Shown here one piece after another: positions 1 through 10,158 of a DNA stretch of 64,000 nucleotides (positions are counted from its first letter, which is position 1; every line of letters begins with the position of its first letter). Under the pieces are notes generated by a model, which worked only from the letters and a program-made list of their open reading frames with translations, did not search any database and was not told the DNA's origin. The position numbers and the translations under genes were made by a program. The DNA is from an uncultured Candidatus Saccharibacteria bacterium (GTDB taxonomy: Bacteria; Patescibacteriota; Minisyncoccia; Phycocordibacterales; UBA918): the NCBI GenBank assembly GCA_964350985.1, contig CAYGLK010000001.1, positions 228,528 to 292,527 on the forward strand, given 5' to 3'.

Positions 1-33
1 TGGCTCAGATTTCATTATCCAGTATTTCATATA

Positions 34-654
34 TTAAATTTTTCTTACAATAAAGCTAAGTAAATGCCAGTGTAATTCAGTGCCGTCAGCAAGTTCATTA
101 CTTTTTTCAATTTCCTTAAAATATAATTCTTCAAACCCACTTAAAAGTTTTTCTGCTTCTTCACTAGTATGAAAGGTCATTCCAGGTTCATTAGACCAAG
201 CGTGTCTATCTCCAAAAAATTGTCCTGTAAAAACACCACCATTCTTTAACGCGTTTGAGATATTAGAAAAAACTCTATTAAACTCACTTGGTGCTATAAA
301 AGGTAATGATAGTTGGGCACTAATCAAGTCGTAGGAATTTTCCGGAAATTCAAGTTCCTCAAAGGAAGAAATCTTATATTGAAAATTAGCAGATGGTAAT
401 TTATTAGCTTTGTCGACGGCTACTGGAGCAATGTCGACAGCTGTTACCATTTTAAAACCATGTTCCAGAAGGTAGCTACACTCGACTAGTGCTCCAGACC
501 CTAGATCCAATGCACTATCAAGATTGCCTACATGTTCAAGAGCTTTAACCAGCAACCTTCCAGGAGGATCGTTTTCTGTGTCACTACAGTACTTCTCCCA
601 ATCATATGTAGGTGTGGCATTTTTTCTAGGTAGAAATTTATTTTCAGCTTCCAT
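34..654 (-). CDS. class I SAM-dependent methyltransferase
   Basis: Gly-rich SAM-binding motif LDLGSGAL followed by acidic residue spacing typical of Rossmann-fold MTases; 206 aa. Confidence 0.6.
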   Translation of the reverse strand: MEAENKFLPRKNATPTYDWEKYCSDTENDPPGRLLVKALEHVGNLDSALDLGSGALVECSYLLEHGFKMVTAVDIAPVAVDKANKLPSANFQYKISSFEELEFPENSYDLISAQLSLPFIAPSEFNRVFSNISNALKNGGVFTGQFFGDRHAWSNEPGMTFHTSEEAEKLLSGFEELYFKEIEKSNELADGTELHWHLLSFIVRKI

Positions 655-732
655 AGTAGTTTGATTATAACAAAATTATTGTTTGTGAAGTATCTGAAGG
701 TGTTTGGTTAATAGATAAAAAATACAATTATT

Positions 733-1992
733 TTACAACAAAGCTCTAATCTGGCTTAAAAAATAGAAGGAACCAGTTATCACCAAAAGATCCTCGGAAC
801 TTTTTAATAGCTGACCAACTGCCTCTTTAGGGTCAGTAATAATTTCTAAGTTTTGGAAATTATTATCAAAACAATATTGAGATATGTCTTTCGGGTTCAT
901 AGAGTTTGAAATCATGTCTTGGGTGGTTGAAAATGCTGTGATAATAAGTCGGTCTACTATAGGTAGCAGCTCATTCATAAAACTCTTGTATTCTTTGTCT
1001 TGCTTTAGGCTAAGTAAAACAACTGCTTTTTTATCTGGATACTTAGACTTAAAGCTTTGGACAAAGGCCCGTATTTTTTGTTGATTGTGTGCCCCATCCA
1101 TTACGATAGTTTTGTTGCCAATATTACGTGTTTCCATTCTGCCTGGGACTTGGATGGTTCGCGAGTTCAAGTATTGTTCTCTGCTCAGATTTGGTAAATT
1201 ATCCCTAACACGTAGGTGTTCGAAAACCTGCTTTGCTAATAGCCAATTACGTTGTTGGAAAAGCGGTATTGTTTCAGAAAATTTTTCAGTTTCACTTTTA
1301 AGTTCAGATTCTTTTAAGACATGTAGAGGGGCGTTAGAGCTACGACACTGCGTTTTAACTACCCGCATTACTTCTTTCGATTGCTCGTATATAAAAGTTT
1401 TGTTCTTCTCATGAATGATCCCTGCTTTTTGGGTAGCTATCTCTGATAAGGTGCTGCCGAGAATATTCATATGGTCGTACCCAATGTCAGTTATAACGCA
1501 TACTTTATCCTTACGTCTGGCAGCATTCGTACTATCGTGTAAGCCGCCTAGGCCTGTTTCGAGTACCACATAGTCAACATTAAGTTTGGCAAAAACCCAA
1601 AATGAAAAAGCTATCATTAGTTCAAAATAGGTAGGCTCAATGCCGTCAATTTTTCCTAAAAATTCAGTTAGATATTTACAAAAATCATCTTCACTAAGTT
1701 GGATAGAGTTTATTTGGACTCTTTCTGTAACGCTATCAATATGTGGAGAGACAGTCAGTCCAACTTTGAGTCCAGCTTCGGTTAACATCTTAGAAATATA
1801 ATAGGCTGTAGATGTCTTTCCACTAGTGCCTGCGATATGAACTACCTTTAAAGATTCATGAGGATTGCCAACTTTATTTAAAAGCGGAAGCATTCGCTCG
1901 ACAGTCATATTTTTACCCGTTGTAAGCTTCGATTGCAAGACATATTTGGCGAGTTCCCTGTTTGCTTCCGAGATAGTATTAATTCTCTGCAT
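733..1992 (-). CDS. folC: Mur ligase family protein, folylpolyglutamate/dihydrofolate synthase-like
   Basis: P-loop HIAGTSGKTST, DGAHN motif, about 420 aa Mur-ligase architecture. Confidence 0.65.
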   Translation of the reverse strand: MQRINTISEANRELAKYVLQSKLTTGKNMTVERMLPLLNKVGNPHESLKVVHIAGTSGKTSTAYYISKMLTEAGLKVGLTVSPHIDSVTERVQINSIQLSEDDFCKYLTEFLGKIDGIEPTYFELMIAFSFWVFAKLNVDYVVLETGLGGLHDSTNAARRKDKVCVITDIGYDHMNILGSTLSEIATQKAGIIHEKNKTFIYEQSKEVMRVVKTQCRSSNAPLHVLKESELKSETEKFSETIPLFQQRNWLLAKQVFEHLRVRDNLPNLSREQYLNSRTIQVPGRMETRNIGNKTIVMDGAHNQQKIRAFVQSFKSKYPDKKAVVLLSLKQDKEYKSFMNELLPIVDRLIITAFSTTQDMISNSMNPKDISQYCFDNNFQNLEIITDPKEAVGQLLKSSEDLLVITGSFYFLSQIRALL

Positions 1993-1995
1993 ATA

Positions 1996-2568
1996 TTATT
2001 TACTTTCCCATTTTTGCTTAAGTTCCTCAATTCTCTGTAGTAATACAGGGTGACTAATAAAATTAATTGAGTATTTAAGAAATTCATCAAACAAAGCAAT
2101 TCCTTGAGATTGTTCGTATTCTAAGGCCTTCTCAACAGCTTGATACTTATCTAGCTGCCGCCCAAAATTAGCCGCAGGGTCATCCGAGGTTTCAAATCTA
2201 AGCCATAGATTCATTATCTCTTCCCCATTAGGTAGGTCAGCGCAGATATGCTCCAAGGCTTTTTTTTCGTTTTCAAACTTTATCTTTTTTAGGGCTTTCC
2301 GGTCATCCGGGTTTAGTTCTAGAATTACTTCATCTCCATGAATTGCTTCTGGCCAATCATGTACTTCTAACATATCTGTTAAGTTGCCGTTTTCTTCTTC
2401 GGTTAAATATGATGCTAATTCTCTGGCTAAGATAATTAATGATTCAATATGTTCCTTAACTGATTCTGGATTTTTAACTCCATGATTAACCCAGCCAGTC
2501 CGCTTTAGTTTTTGCAATGAGTCATAGACCGTTGGGGCAATTTTTTCAAATTTTAGTACAGACTCCAT
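1996..2568 (-). CDS. HD-domain phosphohydrolase (YfbR-like 5'-nucleotidase family)
   Basis: H...HD...D metal-binding pattern (EHIESL ... VHDWPEAIHGD). Confidence 0.5.
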   Translation of the reverse strand: MESVLKFEKIAPTVYDSLQKLKRTGWVNHGVKNPESVKEHIESLIILARELASYLTEEENGNLTDMLEVHDWPEAIHGDEVILELNPDDRKALKKIKFENEKKALEHICADLPNGEEIMNLWLRFETSDDPAANFGRQLDKYQAVEKALEYEQSQGIALFDEFLKYSINFISHPVLLQRIEELKQKWESK

Positions 2569-2599
2569 AATATTTAATTATAACAAAAATAACCTTGTC

Positions 2600-3058
2600 C
2601 TAGTATCCTTTGGGAGGTATCGCCCTTTTACCTAATTTCTTTAAATTTAATGACTCAATTTGGTCTAGAAGCTGTTTAACATATTCTTCTAGCTTTAATT
2701 TATCTTCTGTATCTATACCTTCTAAAATAAAATTTAGCGCTGCTTCAAAATCATTATTAAATTTTTGATTTATATCTTTCCAAGCGATATCTTTAAGTAG
2801 CATACCCAGGTTCTCTTCGTATCTAAGGACATCTCTCCTTAGAAGAAAAGCGATAGCAGGATAACCTAACTCCCCTTTCCAGTACGAAACATTATCGTTT
2901 GACATAATTGAACTCGAATCAGGATCGTAACTGATGTCGTAATATTTATTTCTGCTTGAAGAGTAGCATTTACCAGCATTGCCAGATATCTCAACCCTAT
3001 CGTCTGCCACAGCTCCGAGAGCTTCGTAAATTTTAGTAACTGAAGGCAGTTTCCACAT
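2600..3058 (-). CDS. hypothetical protein
   Basis: 152-aa ORF in host-like AT-rich composition; no recognisable motif. Confidence 0.3.
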   Translation of the reverse strand: MWKLPSVTKIYEALGAVADDRVEISGNAGKCYSSSRNKYYDISYDPDSSSIMSNDNVSYWKGELGYPAIAFLLRRDVLRYEENLGMLLKDIAWKDINQKFNNDFEAALNFILEGIDTEDKLKLEEYVKQLLDQIESLNLKKLGKRAIPPKGY

Positions 3059-3073
3059 AAAAAAGCCAGATTG

Positions 3074-4309
3074 TTAACTCTTTATATTTCTATCACTCCT
3101 TACTTTCAACAAAGCCAGTAACCCGAAAACTACAAATACTGTAACGGCTAAAGTTGCAAACCTATATCTGTCACTGCCAACAGAGACTAAACTGGTCACT
3201 ACTAGGCCCCAGACAATTGGTCCAACGAACGATGACGCTCTCTCCACTAGTCCAAAATATGCAAAAGCTAGGTTATGACCTTTCGGAGGTGCAAGATAAG
3301 ACATTACAGATCTGGAAACGGCCCAATTAGATCCAAACCAGAACCCCATGATTGTTGTTGTTATCACAAACAAAGTAAAATTTGTTACAAGTCCAACGAG
3401 GGGTAGAATAAATATCCATCCGAAAACAATAAAGACCAAGGTTCTTTTATGTCCAAATTTATCAGCAATCAGACCGGAAACCAGTCCCCCAATTCCCGAC
3501 GTAACTAAAATACCCAATAGGATATAAGTTTTTATTGTATCGGAAACACCCCATACTTGTTCTAGAAAAATTGGGAAGTTATTTGCTGCTGTGAGTACTG
3601 CATCATTAAATAAAAAGTAGGAGAGCAAAAATAGTGCTACTCCAGGAAATAGAAAAAGTTTTTTGGTCTCAGACAAAAGATGTTTGATTTCTGCTTTAAT
3701 CTGAAAAGGAATCTTTTCTTTCTTCGGCTCCTTAAACCAAATCAGCATCGGTAGAGCACAAATCATGAAAGCTACAACTGCCGGTAATAAAGTCTCAGCT
3801 CGGGCAGATGAACCGAATATACTGAGGACTCCAGTTGAAAATGGAAGCACTAATAATAAGCCTGTAAATTGACCAAGATAGTTTGCGGCTATTCCTAGTC
3901 CGGAAATCCTCCCTCTTCTGTTAGTTTGTGAAATGTCATTCAATAGAGGGGTGTAAAAAGTAAAAGTCAAAAGGTATATGTATAAACCTAAAGTAAAAAA
4001 GATTAGTGCCAACATGCTCATGCCAGAGACAGCGAATAGAGCACAACATAAGTAAAATATAAAAGTGCCAACCGTTGTATATCTTAATCCAGTAATCCTT
4101 CTGAAATGTTTATCTAAAACAAAACCTGTAATAGGGGCGGTAAAAAGAAGTAATACGGCGGATATTGTAAAAGTAAGATTGAAGTAAATATCAGGAAAGC
4201 CTTGATCTACTACAATCCATTGAGCAAAGTATAAAAAGAACACAATAGAAACAAGGGAGTTTGCAAAGTCGTAGAGGGCCCACAGAAAGATGTTCTTTTT
4301 TGTATCCAT
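3074..4309 (-). CDS. MFS transporter
   Basis: about 12 predicted TM helices, 411 aa, MFS-like loop motifs (GxxxDKxGRR-like DKFGHKRT). Confidence 0.65.
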   Translation of the reverse strand: MDTKKNIFLWALYDFANSLVSIVFFLYFAQWIVVDQGFPDIYFNLTFTISAVLLLFTAPITGFVLDKHFRRITGLRYTTVGTFIFYLCCALFAVSGMSMLALIFFTLGLYIYLLTFTFYTPLLNDISQTNRRGRISGLGIAANYLGQFTGLLLVLPFSTGVLSIFGSSARAETLLPAVVAFMICALPMLIWFKEPKKEKIPFQIKAEIKHLLSETKKLFLFPGVALFLLSYFLFNDAVLTAANNFPIFLEQVWGVSDTIKTYILLGILVTSGIGGLVSGLIADKFGHKRTLVFIVFGWIFILPLVGLVTNFTLFVITTTIMGFWFGSNWAVSRSVMSYLAPPKGHNLAFAYFGLVERASSFVGPIVWGLVVTSLVSVGSDRYRFATLAVTVFVVFGLLALLKVRSDRNIKS

Positions 4310-4328
4310 TTTAATTATGTTAACTATA

Positions 4329-4922
4329 TCAAAGTTTTGTAGATTTCTTTTTAATAATCTGTAAAACTAGGAGCAGAACTAAACTATCAAAAAGGAATAA
4401 GTAGATTGGATAAGCTACTTCATAAAAAGCTAATGTCTCAATAGCAAATAAGCTTAAGAAACCAGAAACTGTAGCCATAATCCAAGCAAATGGAGTTTCA
4501 CTATCAGGGTCTTTATAACTCTTCATTATGGTTGGAAGTCCAAAAGCAAAGTCAGCCAGAATTGCACAAATTAAAGCCAAAATTGGCATATCTAATGTGA
4601 TCCATAAAATTAAACCAAATATTCCAAGACCAAAGAAAAAACCATCTGACTTAGAAGATTGCCAAACGCCAGAACCTCTAATCAATGAAAATAATACAAT
4701 CAGAAGACAAGCCAAGGTATTGGCTGCAACAATAGTTGCTAACCAAGTACTTCCCTCTGCATACATGGCGGATGCACCTAGTCCTGTTATAAAACTCCAA
4801 CCTAGCCAACTCAGTATGTGAGGCCGGGCTCTTTTAGTGTAAATATCTCTGATGTAAGGAACTACACCAATTAAGATAGCCAAAGACGAAAGTACTCCAA
4901 AAATTGCCGAATCAATAATCAC
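4329..4922 (-). CDS. polytopic membrane protein, unknown function
   Basis: 197 aa, about 6 hydrophobic segments. Confidence 0.4.
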   Translation of the reverse strand: MIIDSAIFGVLSSLAILIGVVPYIRDIYTKRARPHILSWLGWSFITGLGASAMYAEGSTWLATIVAANTLACLLIVLFSLIRGSGVWQSSKSDGFFFGLGIFGLILWITLDMPILALICAILADFAFGLPTIMKSYKDPDSETPFAWIMATVSGFLSLFAIETLAFYEVAYPIYLFLFDSLVLLLVLQIIKKKSTKL

Positions 4923-4950
4923 ATTTGTAAGTATACTCTAACTTTAAAGC

Positions 4951-5030
4951 AAAAGAAAAACGCCCGAAGGCGTTTTTCTTTATGGAGATTAGATGTTAAT
5001 CGCAAGAGTAGGGCTCCAACACGGGGCTGA
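4951..5030. repeat. 80-bp direct repeat copy 1 (contains bidirectional terminator hairpin cgcccgaaggcg + T-run)
   Basis: about 95% identical to 6091-6171; aaaagaaaaacgcccgaaggcgtttttctttatggagattagatgtt..agggctccaacacggggctga. Confidence 0.8.
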
Positions 5031-5102
5031 TACTTGCTGAGGGTATGTTAAGAGTACGATGTTGCCTGCAAACGTACTGTCCGGCTGAAGCCTGGGTTTT
5101 TT

Positions 5103-5135
5103 AGATATAGAAAAACCCCGGTTATTAAGCCGGGG
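5103..5135 (-). terminator. rho-independent terminator for the 5182-5892 gene
   Basis: ccccggcttaataaccgggg hairpin followed by T-run on the minus strand. Confidence 0.5.
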
Positions 5136-5181
5136 GTTACAATCGTAGTATTGGAGTAGATACCAGACTACCTGGTGCTAC

Positions 5182-5892
5182 TTAAGGACCTACGTTCTCC
5201 TTATTTTCAAAAATTGCTTCCGCGGACCACCCTCTATCCCAGAAGTTCATGGGGTAGTTGTCTCCTGTCTCCTCGAGGAGTTTTTGGCAAACCCGAGGAT
5301 CAGGGTTGGTGAGACGTTCCCTTATAACCACGAGCGCATCAAGCAGCACTGAATCATGCTGCGCGATGATTGCCAGTTCCCACACTTCATGGGAATGCTT
5401 GACCCTTGTTATAAGGGTTGGGATGAAAGGGTCACCTGTAGTGTCCCAAGGGTGCTTTGCCTCCGTCTCGAGTAAAATCTCTGACGCTTGGCGATGGTGC
5501 CAAAAGTGACGACCGATGTCCCCTGTGTTGTTCACGGCGAATGATGTTCGTGCCCCTTCGGCACTTACCTCAAACTCTCCCCACTCCGCCATTTTTTTTA
5601 TTGTTATGCAAGAGTTCAGAACCCAAACAACAAGGGTATCTCCCTTGAAGGAGATGCCGTCCGTGCCGAAGCTGTCCGTGTGACTGCGGCTGAACTCGAT
5701 GGGTGTATCATCGATCCATGCCTGTAAGGCTCTTCGGCATTCGGTGACATCCTCCTCACTTTCAAGTGGGGCAGTCGCGCACACACTGCCCGAAATCGCT
5801 TTGAAGAGATTTCGGGGGTCCGGCTTGCTTTTGAAAAAAACTTTCATTTGTTCCTCCCCACCCATCACTCGCATCAGAATTGATGCTGTCAA
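5182..5892 (-). CDS. hypothetical protein, GC-rich cargo gene
   Basis: 236 aa, about 50% GC versus about 38% flanks; Trp/His-rich; no family recognised; bracketed by 80-bp direct repeats. Confidence 0.5.
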   Translation of the reverse strand: MTASILMRVMGGEEQMKVFFKSKPDPRNLFKAISGSVCATAPLESEEDVTECRRALQAWIDDTPIEFSRSHTDSFGTDGISFKGDTLVVWVLNSCITIKKMAEWGEFEVSAEGARTSFAVNNTGDIGRHFWHHRQASEILLETEAKHPWDTTGDPFIPTLITRVKHSHEVWELAIIAQHDSVLLDALVVIRERLTNPDPRVCQKLLEETGDNYPMNFWDRGWSAEAIFENKENVGP

Positions 5893-6090
5893 TGTAGGTG
5901 TCCTGTATTCAGGACTTTATCTTATATAGACACATATAAAACAAAGTCCCAAATACAGAATTATAGAGAACACTGGTCAGAATTTTTTTAGCGTTTATAT
6001 AAAGAACGCTATATATATTGTATCATAAATATAGTCTCATGTCAAACATCGCGGCGCTAGATTCAACATTTAATGTCAATATTTAAACCA

Positions 6091-6171
6091 AAAGAAAAAA
6101 CGCCCGAAGGCGTTTTTTCTTTATGGAGATTAGATGTTCATCGCTAGAGTAGGGCTCCAACACGGGGCTGA
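6091..6171. repeat. 80-bp direct repeat copy 2
   Basis: copy of 4951-5030; overlaps the 3' end (last about 14 codons) of the 6130-6543 ORF. Confidence 0.8.
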
Positions 6172-6543
6172 GGCACTCCACGGCTGTGTTCCCTGCTTCT
6201 CATAGAGATGTCGGGCGTAGGCCATGTTCTCTTCGATCTTGTCTAAGTTGAGGTTCATAGAAATCGCTGTCTTCTCGTGGTAACGCTTGTTGATTTGCAT
6301 TACCCCAGTATCTGCTGGGTCAACCACGCCTTTCAGCACACTTCCATCCTCTAGTGTATGTCGAAACGTCGATTCACATCGAGCGATCTGGATCATCACT
6401 GGAATATCCTTGAAGTATGAACGAACAACTTGTTCGGTATCTACTACTGTTCTTGAAGTTTCCTCCACTAACGTACCGGTATTCTTGATCTGACCATAGG
6501 CCGCGTCTACGGGAATCGTTGATGAGATTGATGTCATCGACAA
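6130..6543 (-). CDS. small lytic transglycosylase-like (SLT domain) protein with N-terminal signal/TM
   Basis: catalytic-looking ARCES(T) plus GVMQIN motif typical of SLT/goose-type lysozyme fold; 137 aa. Confidence 0.45.
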   Translation of the reverse strand: MSMTSISSTIPVDAAYGQIKNTGTLVEETSRTVVDTEQVVRSYFKDIPVMIQIARCESTFRHTLEDGSVLKGVVDPADTGVMQINKRYHEKTAISMNLNLDKIEENMAYARHLYEKQGTQPWSASAPCWSPTLAMNI

Positions 6544-6692
6544 AACCGCAATGATTACGGTCGATAAAATAAGCCAATTGTCTTAACTAACAAATGTCAG
6601 CACCTAAGCTGACAACCGCAAAATGATATCACACATTACGGATATTTATGAGTATAGCATACTTTTGACTTACTGTCAATGTAGTACTGTAT

Positions 6693-7541
6693 CTATTTGC
6701 CTAATTTATCCTTAATATAAGCCATTCCACCGTATAATCCACCTTCATCTCTAAAGGCTGCTTTGGTAATAAATGGACTCTCAACAAACTCCCCAAGGGC
6801 TTCAACAGTGTATTTTCGGATTGCGTCAATTGGGATATTTGGGTCACCCATTATCATAGATCCGCCAAGTACAATCGCTTCAGGAGACCAATATAGGATA
6901 CTGTTACGCAGACCTTGAGCTAAGTAGCCTGCTAGTTCGTCCCAAACCAGATCTTCTTGAGGAATTTCGTATGGCTTCATACCTACTCTCGCCTCCAGTC
7001 CAGCGCCTGATACTAAGTTCTCCAAAGTAGGGTTAACATCTTCTCCTAAGATAGTACGGTCAATATCTAGTATCTGGTGTCCTGGCTCAAAGCCTGAAGT
7101 GGAGACGTCAATTTTACCGCACTCAATTTTTACTCCACCTACCCCAGTGCTAATGGTGTGATAAACAACGATGTCCATTCCCTTCCCGGCACCATAGACA
7201 GCTTCTCCAAGTCCAGCCAAAGCTGCATCGTTTTCCAAGTAAACAGGTACTTTAAAATGTTTATTCAATCTACCAGTGATAGATTTTTGTATCCAGTCTC
7301 TCAAGGTCGGGTCGTTTTCTGTACCAGTACCCTCTTCGTTTAGTCGTCCTCTAACACCTCCAGCAATAGTTTCGATTTTGGTTTCTGTCTTTAAGCCCTC
7401 TATATGTTTAATGATGGCTTCAATACCCTTATCAAAAGATTTAGGTGTTGGAAAAGAAGTATGGTCAGTAAAAACCTGTAAGTCTTCAGTTACTGCTACT
7501 CGGGTTTTTGTTCCACCAATATCAAAGACTGCGTAACTCAT
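6693..7541 (-). CDS. ROK family sugar kinase (glucokinase-like)
   Basis: N-terminal DIGGTKTR ATPase motif, ASKHA sugar-kinase length. Confidence 0.65.
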   Translation of the reverse strand: MSYAVFDIGGTKTRVAVTEDLQVFTDHTSFPTPKSFDKGIEAIIKHIEGLKTETKIETIAGGVRGRLNEEGTGTENDPTLRDWIQKSITGRLNKHFKVPVYLENDAALAGLGEAVYGAGKGMDIVVYHTISTGVGGVKIECGKIDVSTSGFEPGHQILDIDRTILGEDVNPTLENLVSGAGLEARVGMKPYEIPQEDLVWDELAGYLAQGLRNSILYWSPEAIVLGGSMIMGDPNIPIDAIRKYTVEALGEFVESPFITKAAFRDEGGLYGGMAYIKDKLGK

Positions 7542-8794
7542 ATGTTTAATATTTCTTTAGTCTTGTCCTTATAGAGTTCTACATTGGGTTGGTCAAAAGC
7601 ATTTACCCCTAGTAAGTGAGCGGTATACATTATTTCTCGTAGTCTCATTGCCATAAAGACACCTAAAGAGTACGGAAGAGCCTCTTCAAAAATCGTCGCT
7701 CGGTAAGGTAAGTTCTTTTCCTGATAGGCTGCTATCACTCCACCATATAAAGCAGTTGATATTTCTTCGATCGAATAGCCTTTAAGATTTTTTGCTAGTC
7801 GGTTACTGCGAGCTATTTTTATATCAACAACAGCATCATCAAAAGTAACAAAGTCAGTCAGAGTGTCCGGAACTCCACTCATATATAGCTGTCCAACTGA
7901 ATGTAACTCTACAGGAGTTGAGATAGTTGGGACCATGGCGGTCTTTAAAGCTTGGCCTTTGAGGTTTTTTTCTTTACCAAGGCTTTCAGCAAATAGCTGA
8001 CGGTACCAACGTCCTAGTTTTTCTAGTCGTGGTTCAAAAGCAAAGAAGTTGTAGTGTGGGTATTTTAGTTGATGGTAAATAGCAAGACGAGACGCACTTT
8101 CAGCTACCAAGGTCTCATACTGCTCTTCTGAGGCTTCTAGGTAGCCGCTGATGAAGTCATCTACGTCATGGCCAAGAAGTGTCAGTGGTACCAATCCAAC
8201 TGCTGTTGCGACGGAGTAACGTCCACCAATTACTTCTGGCATTGAGATCTCAAGTACCCCTTTCTTCTTTCCGTAAGTCATCAGATCTGTCTTTGGGTTC
8301 CCAATAAAAATCGTTTGTTTGTAGATGTCAGCTTTAAAACGTTCTTCTAGAGCATCTAGAAAGACAGCTGCATTAGCTAATGTCTCTGTCGTCTGTCCAG
8401 ACTTACTAATGACGCAGACTGCTAAATCTTTAACTTTCTTTACACTGTGTAGTTCTTTCAATAGTTGATCAATCTTATATGAAGAGACAGTGTCAAGAAT
8501 AGAAAGTTTGACCTTACCGGTATCTAAAACTGAATGGATCGCTTCAACACCCAAACTAGATCCTCCAATTCCAATTAGGACTAGGTGTTTAATATTTTTA
8601 AACTGATTTTTGATCTTATTTAATTCTTCATGTACAGCAAAATCCCGACAGTGATAGAGAGAGTACTCAGGGACTTTTTTGTCATCATTCTTCTTAGCTA
8701 ACTCTATTTCTGTTCGGTAATTTTTTAGTTTATTCTGATTTGTCTTCAGTAATTTTTCAGAGACTCGTTTGTCATCAAAATAAGTAATAAACAT
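7538..8794 (-). CDS. pgi: glucose-6-phosphate isomerase
   Basis: LIGIGGSSLG and GGRYSVATAVG signatures. Confidence 0.75.
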   Translation of the reverse strand: MFITYFDDKRVSEKLLKTNQNKLKNYRTEIELAKKNDDKKVPEYSLYHCRDFAVHEELNKIKNQFKNIKHLVLIGIGGSSLGVEAIHSVLDTGKVKLSILDTVSSYKIDQLLKELHSVKKVKDLAVCVISKSGQTTETLANAAVFLDALEERFKADIYKQTIFIGNPKTDLMTYGKKKGVLEISMPEVIGGRYSVATAVGLVPLTLLGHDVDDFISGYLEASEEQYETLVAESASRLAIYHQLKYPHYNFFAFEPRLEKLGRWYRQLFAESLGKEKNLKGQALKTAMVPTISTPVELHSVGQLYMSGVPDTLTDFVTFDDAVVDIKIARSNRLAKNLKGYSIEEISTALYGGVIAAYQEKNLPYRATIFEEALPYSLGVFMAMRLREIMYTAHLLGVNAFDQPNVELYKDKTKEILNI

Positions 8795-8803
8795 AAGTGG
8801 AAA

Positions 8804-9550
8804 TTAAACTTGTCTGGTATTACGGCAGTCAACGTTCTTTAAGATGTATTTCAAAGCTTCGTCAACATTGTCGACAATTTTGAAGAGATCAAGATCCTCT
8901 TTACTAATTGTCTTGTGTTTCTTCAGTAGTTCCTTCTCAAAGAATTTTACCAGCGGTTCCCAGAACTCTCGTCCGTAAAGTACAACTGGAATTTTTTCAA
9001 TCTTTTTGGTTTGGATCAAGGTGATGATCTCAAAGAATTCATCTAAGGTTCCAAATCCTCCGGGGAAATAAACGTAAACTTCAGAAGAGAAAGTAAGCAT
9101 TACTTTTCTTGAAAAGAAGAAGTCGAAGTTGAGTGATTCGGTGGTGTAGGGATTGAGCTTTTGTTCAAACGGAAGTTTGATGTTTAGACCGATTGAATTC
9201 CCTCCTACCTTAAAGGATCCAACGTTTGAAGCTTCCATAATACCCGGACCTCCACCAGAGATGATAGTGAAGCCTTTTTTGGCCATTTTAGAAGCTAGTT
9301 CTTCAGCTGCCTTGTAATACGGCTCAGTTGGATCAGTTCGAGCACTTCCCCAAAAAGTAGCCGCTAGGCCATAGCTTCTAAGTAGTTCAAAACCTTGGAC
9401 AAACTCAGACATTATTCTGAATACTCTCCAAGACTGGACTGCTCCATCATGACCTTGCGGATCAAGTAATTCATTTACTACCCTGCAGTGTGGTGCTTCG
9501 TTTTTTGCTTTCTTCTTAGCACCAAATAATTTATTTACCATATCAAACAT
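8804..9550 (-). CDS. LOG family protein (cytokinin riboside 5'-monophosphate phosphoribohydrolase / TIGR00730)
   Basis: GGGPGIMEA and PGGFGTLDE motifs. Confidence 0.75.
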   Translation of the reverse strand: MFDMVNKLFGAKKKAKNEAPHCRVVNELLDPQGHDGAVQSWRVFRIMSEFVQGFELLRSYGLAATFWGSARTDPTEPYYKAAEELASKMAKKGFTIISGGGPGIMEASNVGSFKVGGNSIGLNIKLPFEQKLNPYTTESLNFDFFFSRKVMLTFSSEVYVYFPGGFGTLDEFFEIITLIQTKKIEKIPVVLYGREFWEPLVKFFEKELLKKHKTISKEDLDLFKIVDNVDEALKYILKNVDCRNTRQV

Positions 9551-9567
9551 ATTGTAACATTAGTGAT

Positions 9568-10158
9568 TTACCAAGGCAGTTCGAAATTTGAAAATTCGGG
9601 GAGAAGCTTTGTATTATTTAATAGTCTTGAAGCAACTTCGGCGTGTGAGAGCGCACCTGTCAGTGCGTTGTGTGGTTCTGGTTCGTCTGGGATACCGCAG
9701 TAGTTGAGTACTACGTCTAAGTTAAGTGCGCTGCGACGGTGTTGTGGGTCTATTGGTGGAGTCAGTCCCCTTTTAACCATATGCATCCAACAGAGAGTGT
9801 GAGTGTCTATTGTTCGATAAGCTAAATCCCAAGAGATTCCTGCTCGTTCGCAAGCGGCTCTAGCCATATCACGATCAAAAGAAATATTTTGACCTAGAAG
9901 AGTCCTGTCTTCCATATGTTGAGACCATTCTAAGAAAGACTGGATTAGCTCAGCTTCAGTCTGTTTATTGGGATCATTAATTTCTGCTTCAGTATAACCA
10001 TTTACTTCCATGGCACCATCCATAATATGTGCTCCATCCCAGATACGGCATTCGCCATAAAAACGATTTTCCGGATTAGAAAAATCTAAAGCTCCAATCG
10101 AGACAATAGAATGTTTTTCATAGTTTGTACCCGAAGCTTCTATGTCGATGACGATCAT
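9568..10158 (-). CDS. DEDD-family 3'-5' exonuclease
   Basis: Exo I motif VIDIEASG; Exo III-like H..A..D near the C-terminus. Confidence 0.55.
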   Translation of the reverse strand: MIVIDIEASGTNYEKHSIVSIGALDFSNPENRFYGECRIWDGAHIMDGAMEVNGYTEAEINDPNKQTEAELIQSFLEWSQHMEDRTLLGQNISFDRDMARAACERAGISWDLAYRTIDTHTLCWMHMVKRGLTPPIDPQHRRSALNLDVVLNYCGIPDEPEPHNALTGALSHAEVASRLLNNTKLLPEFSNFELPW

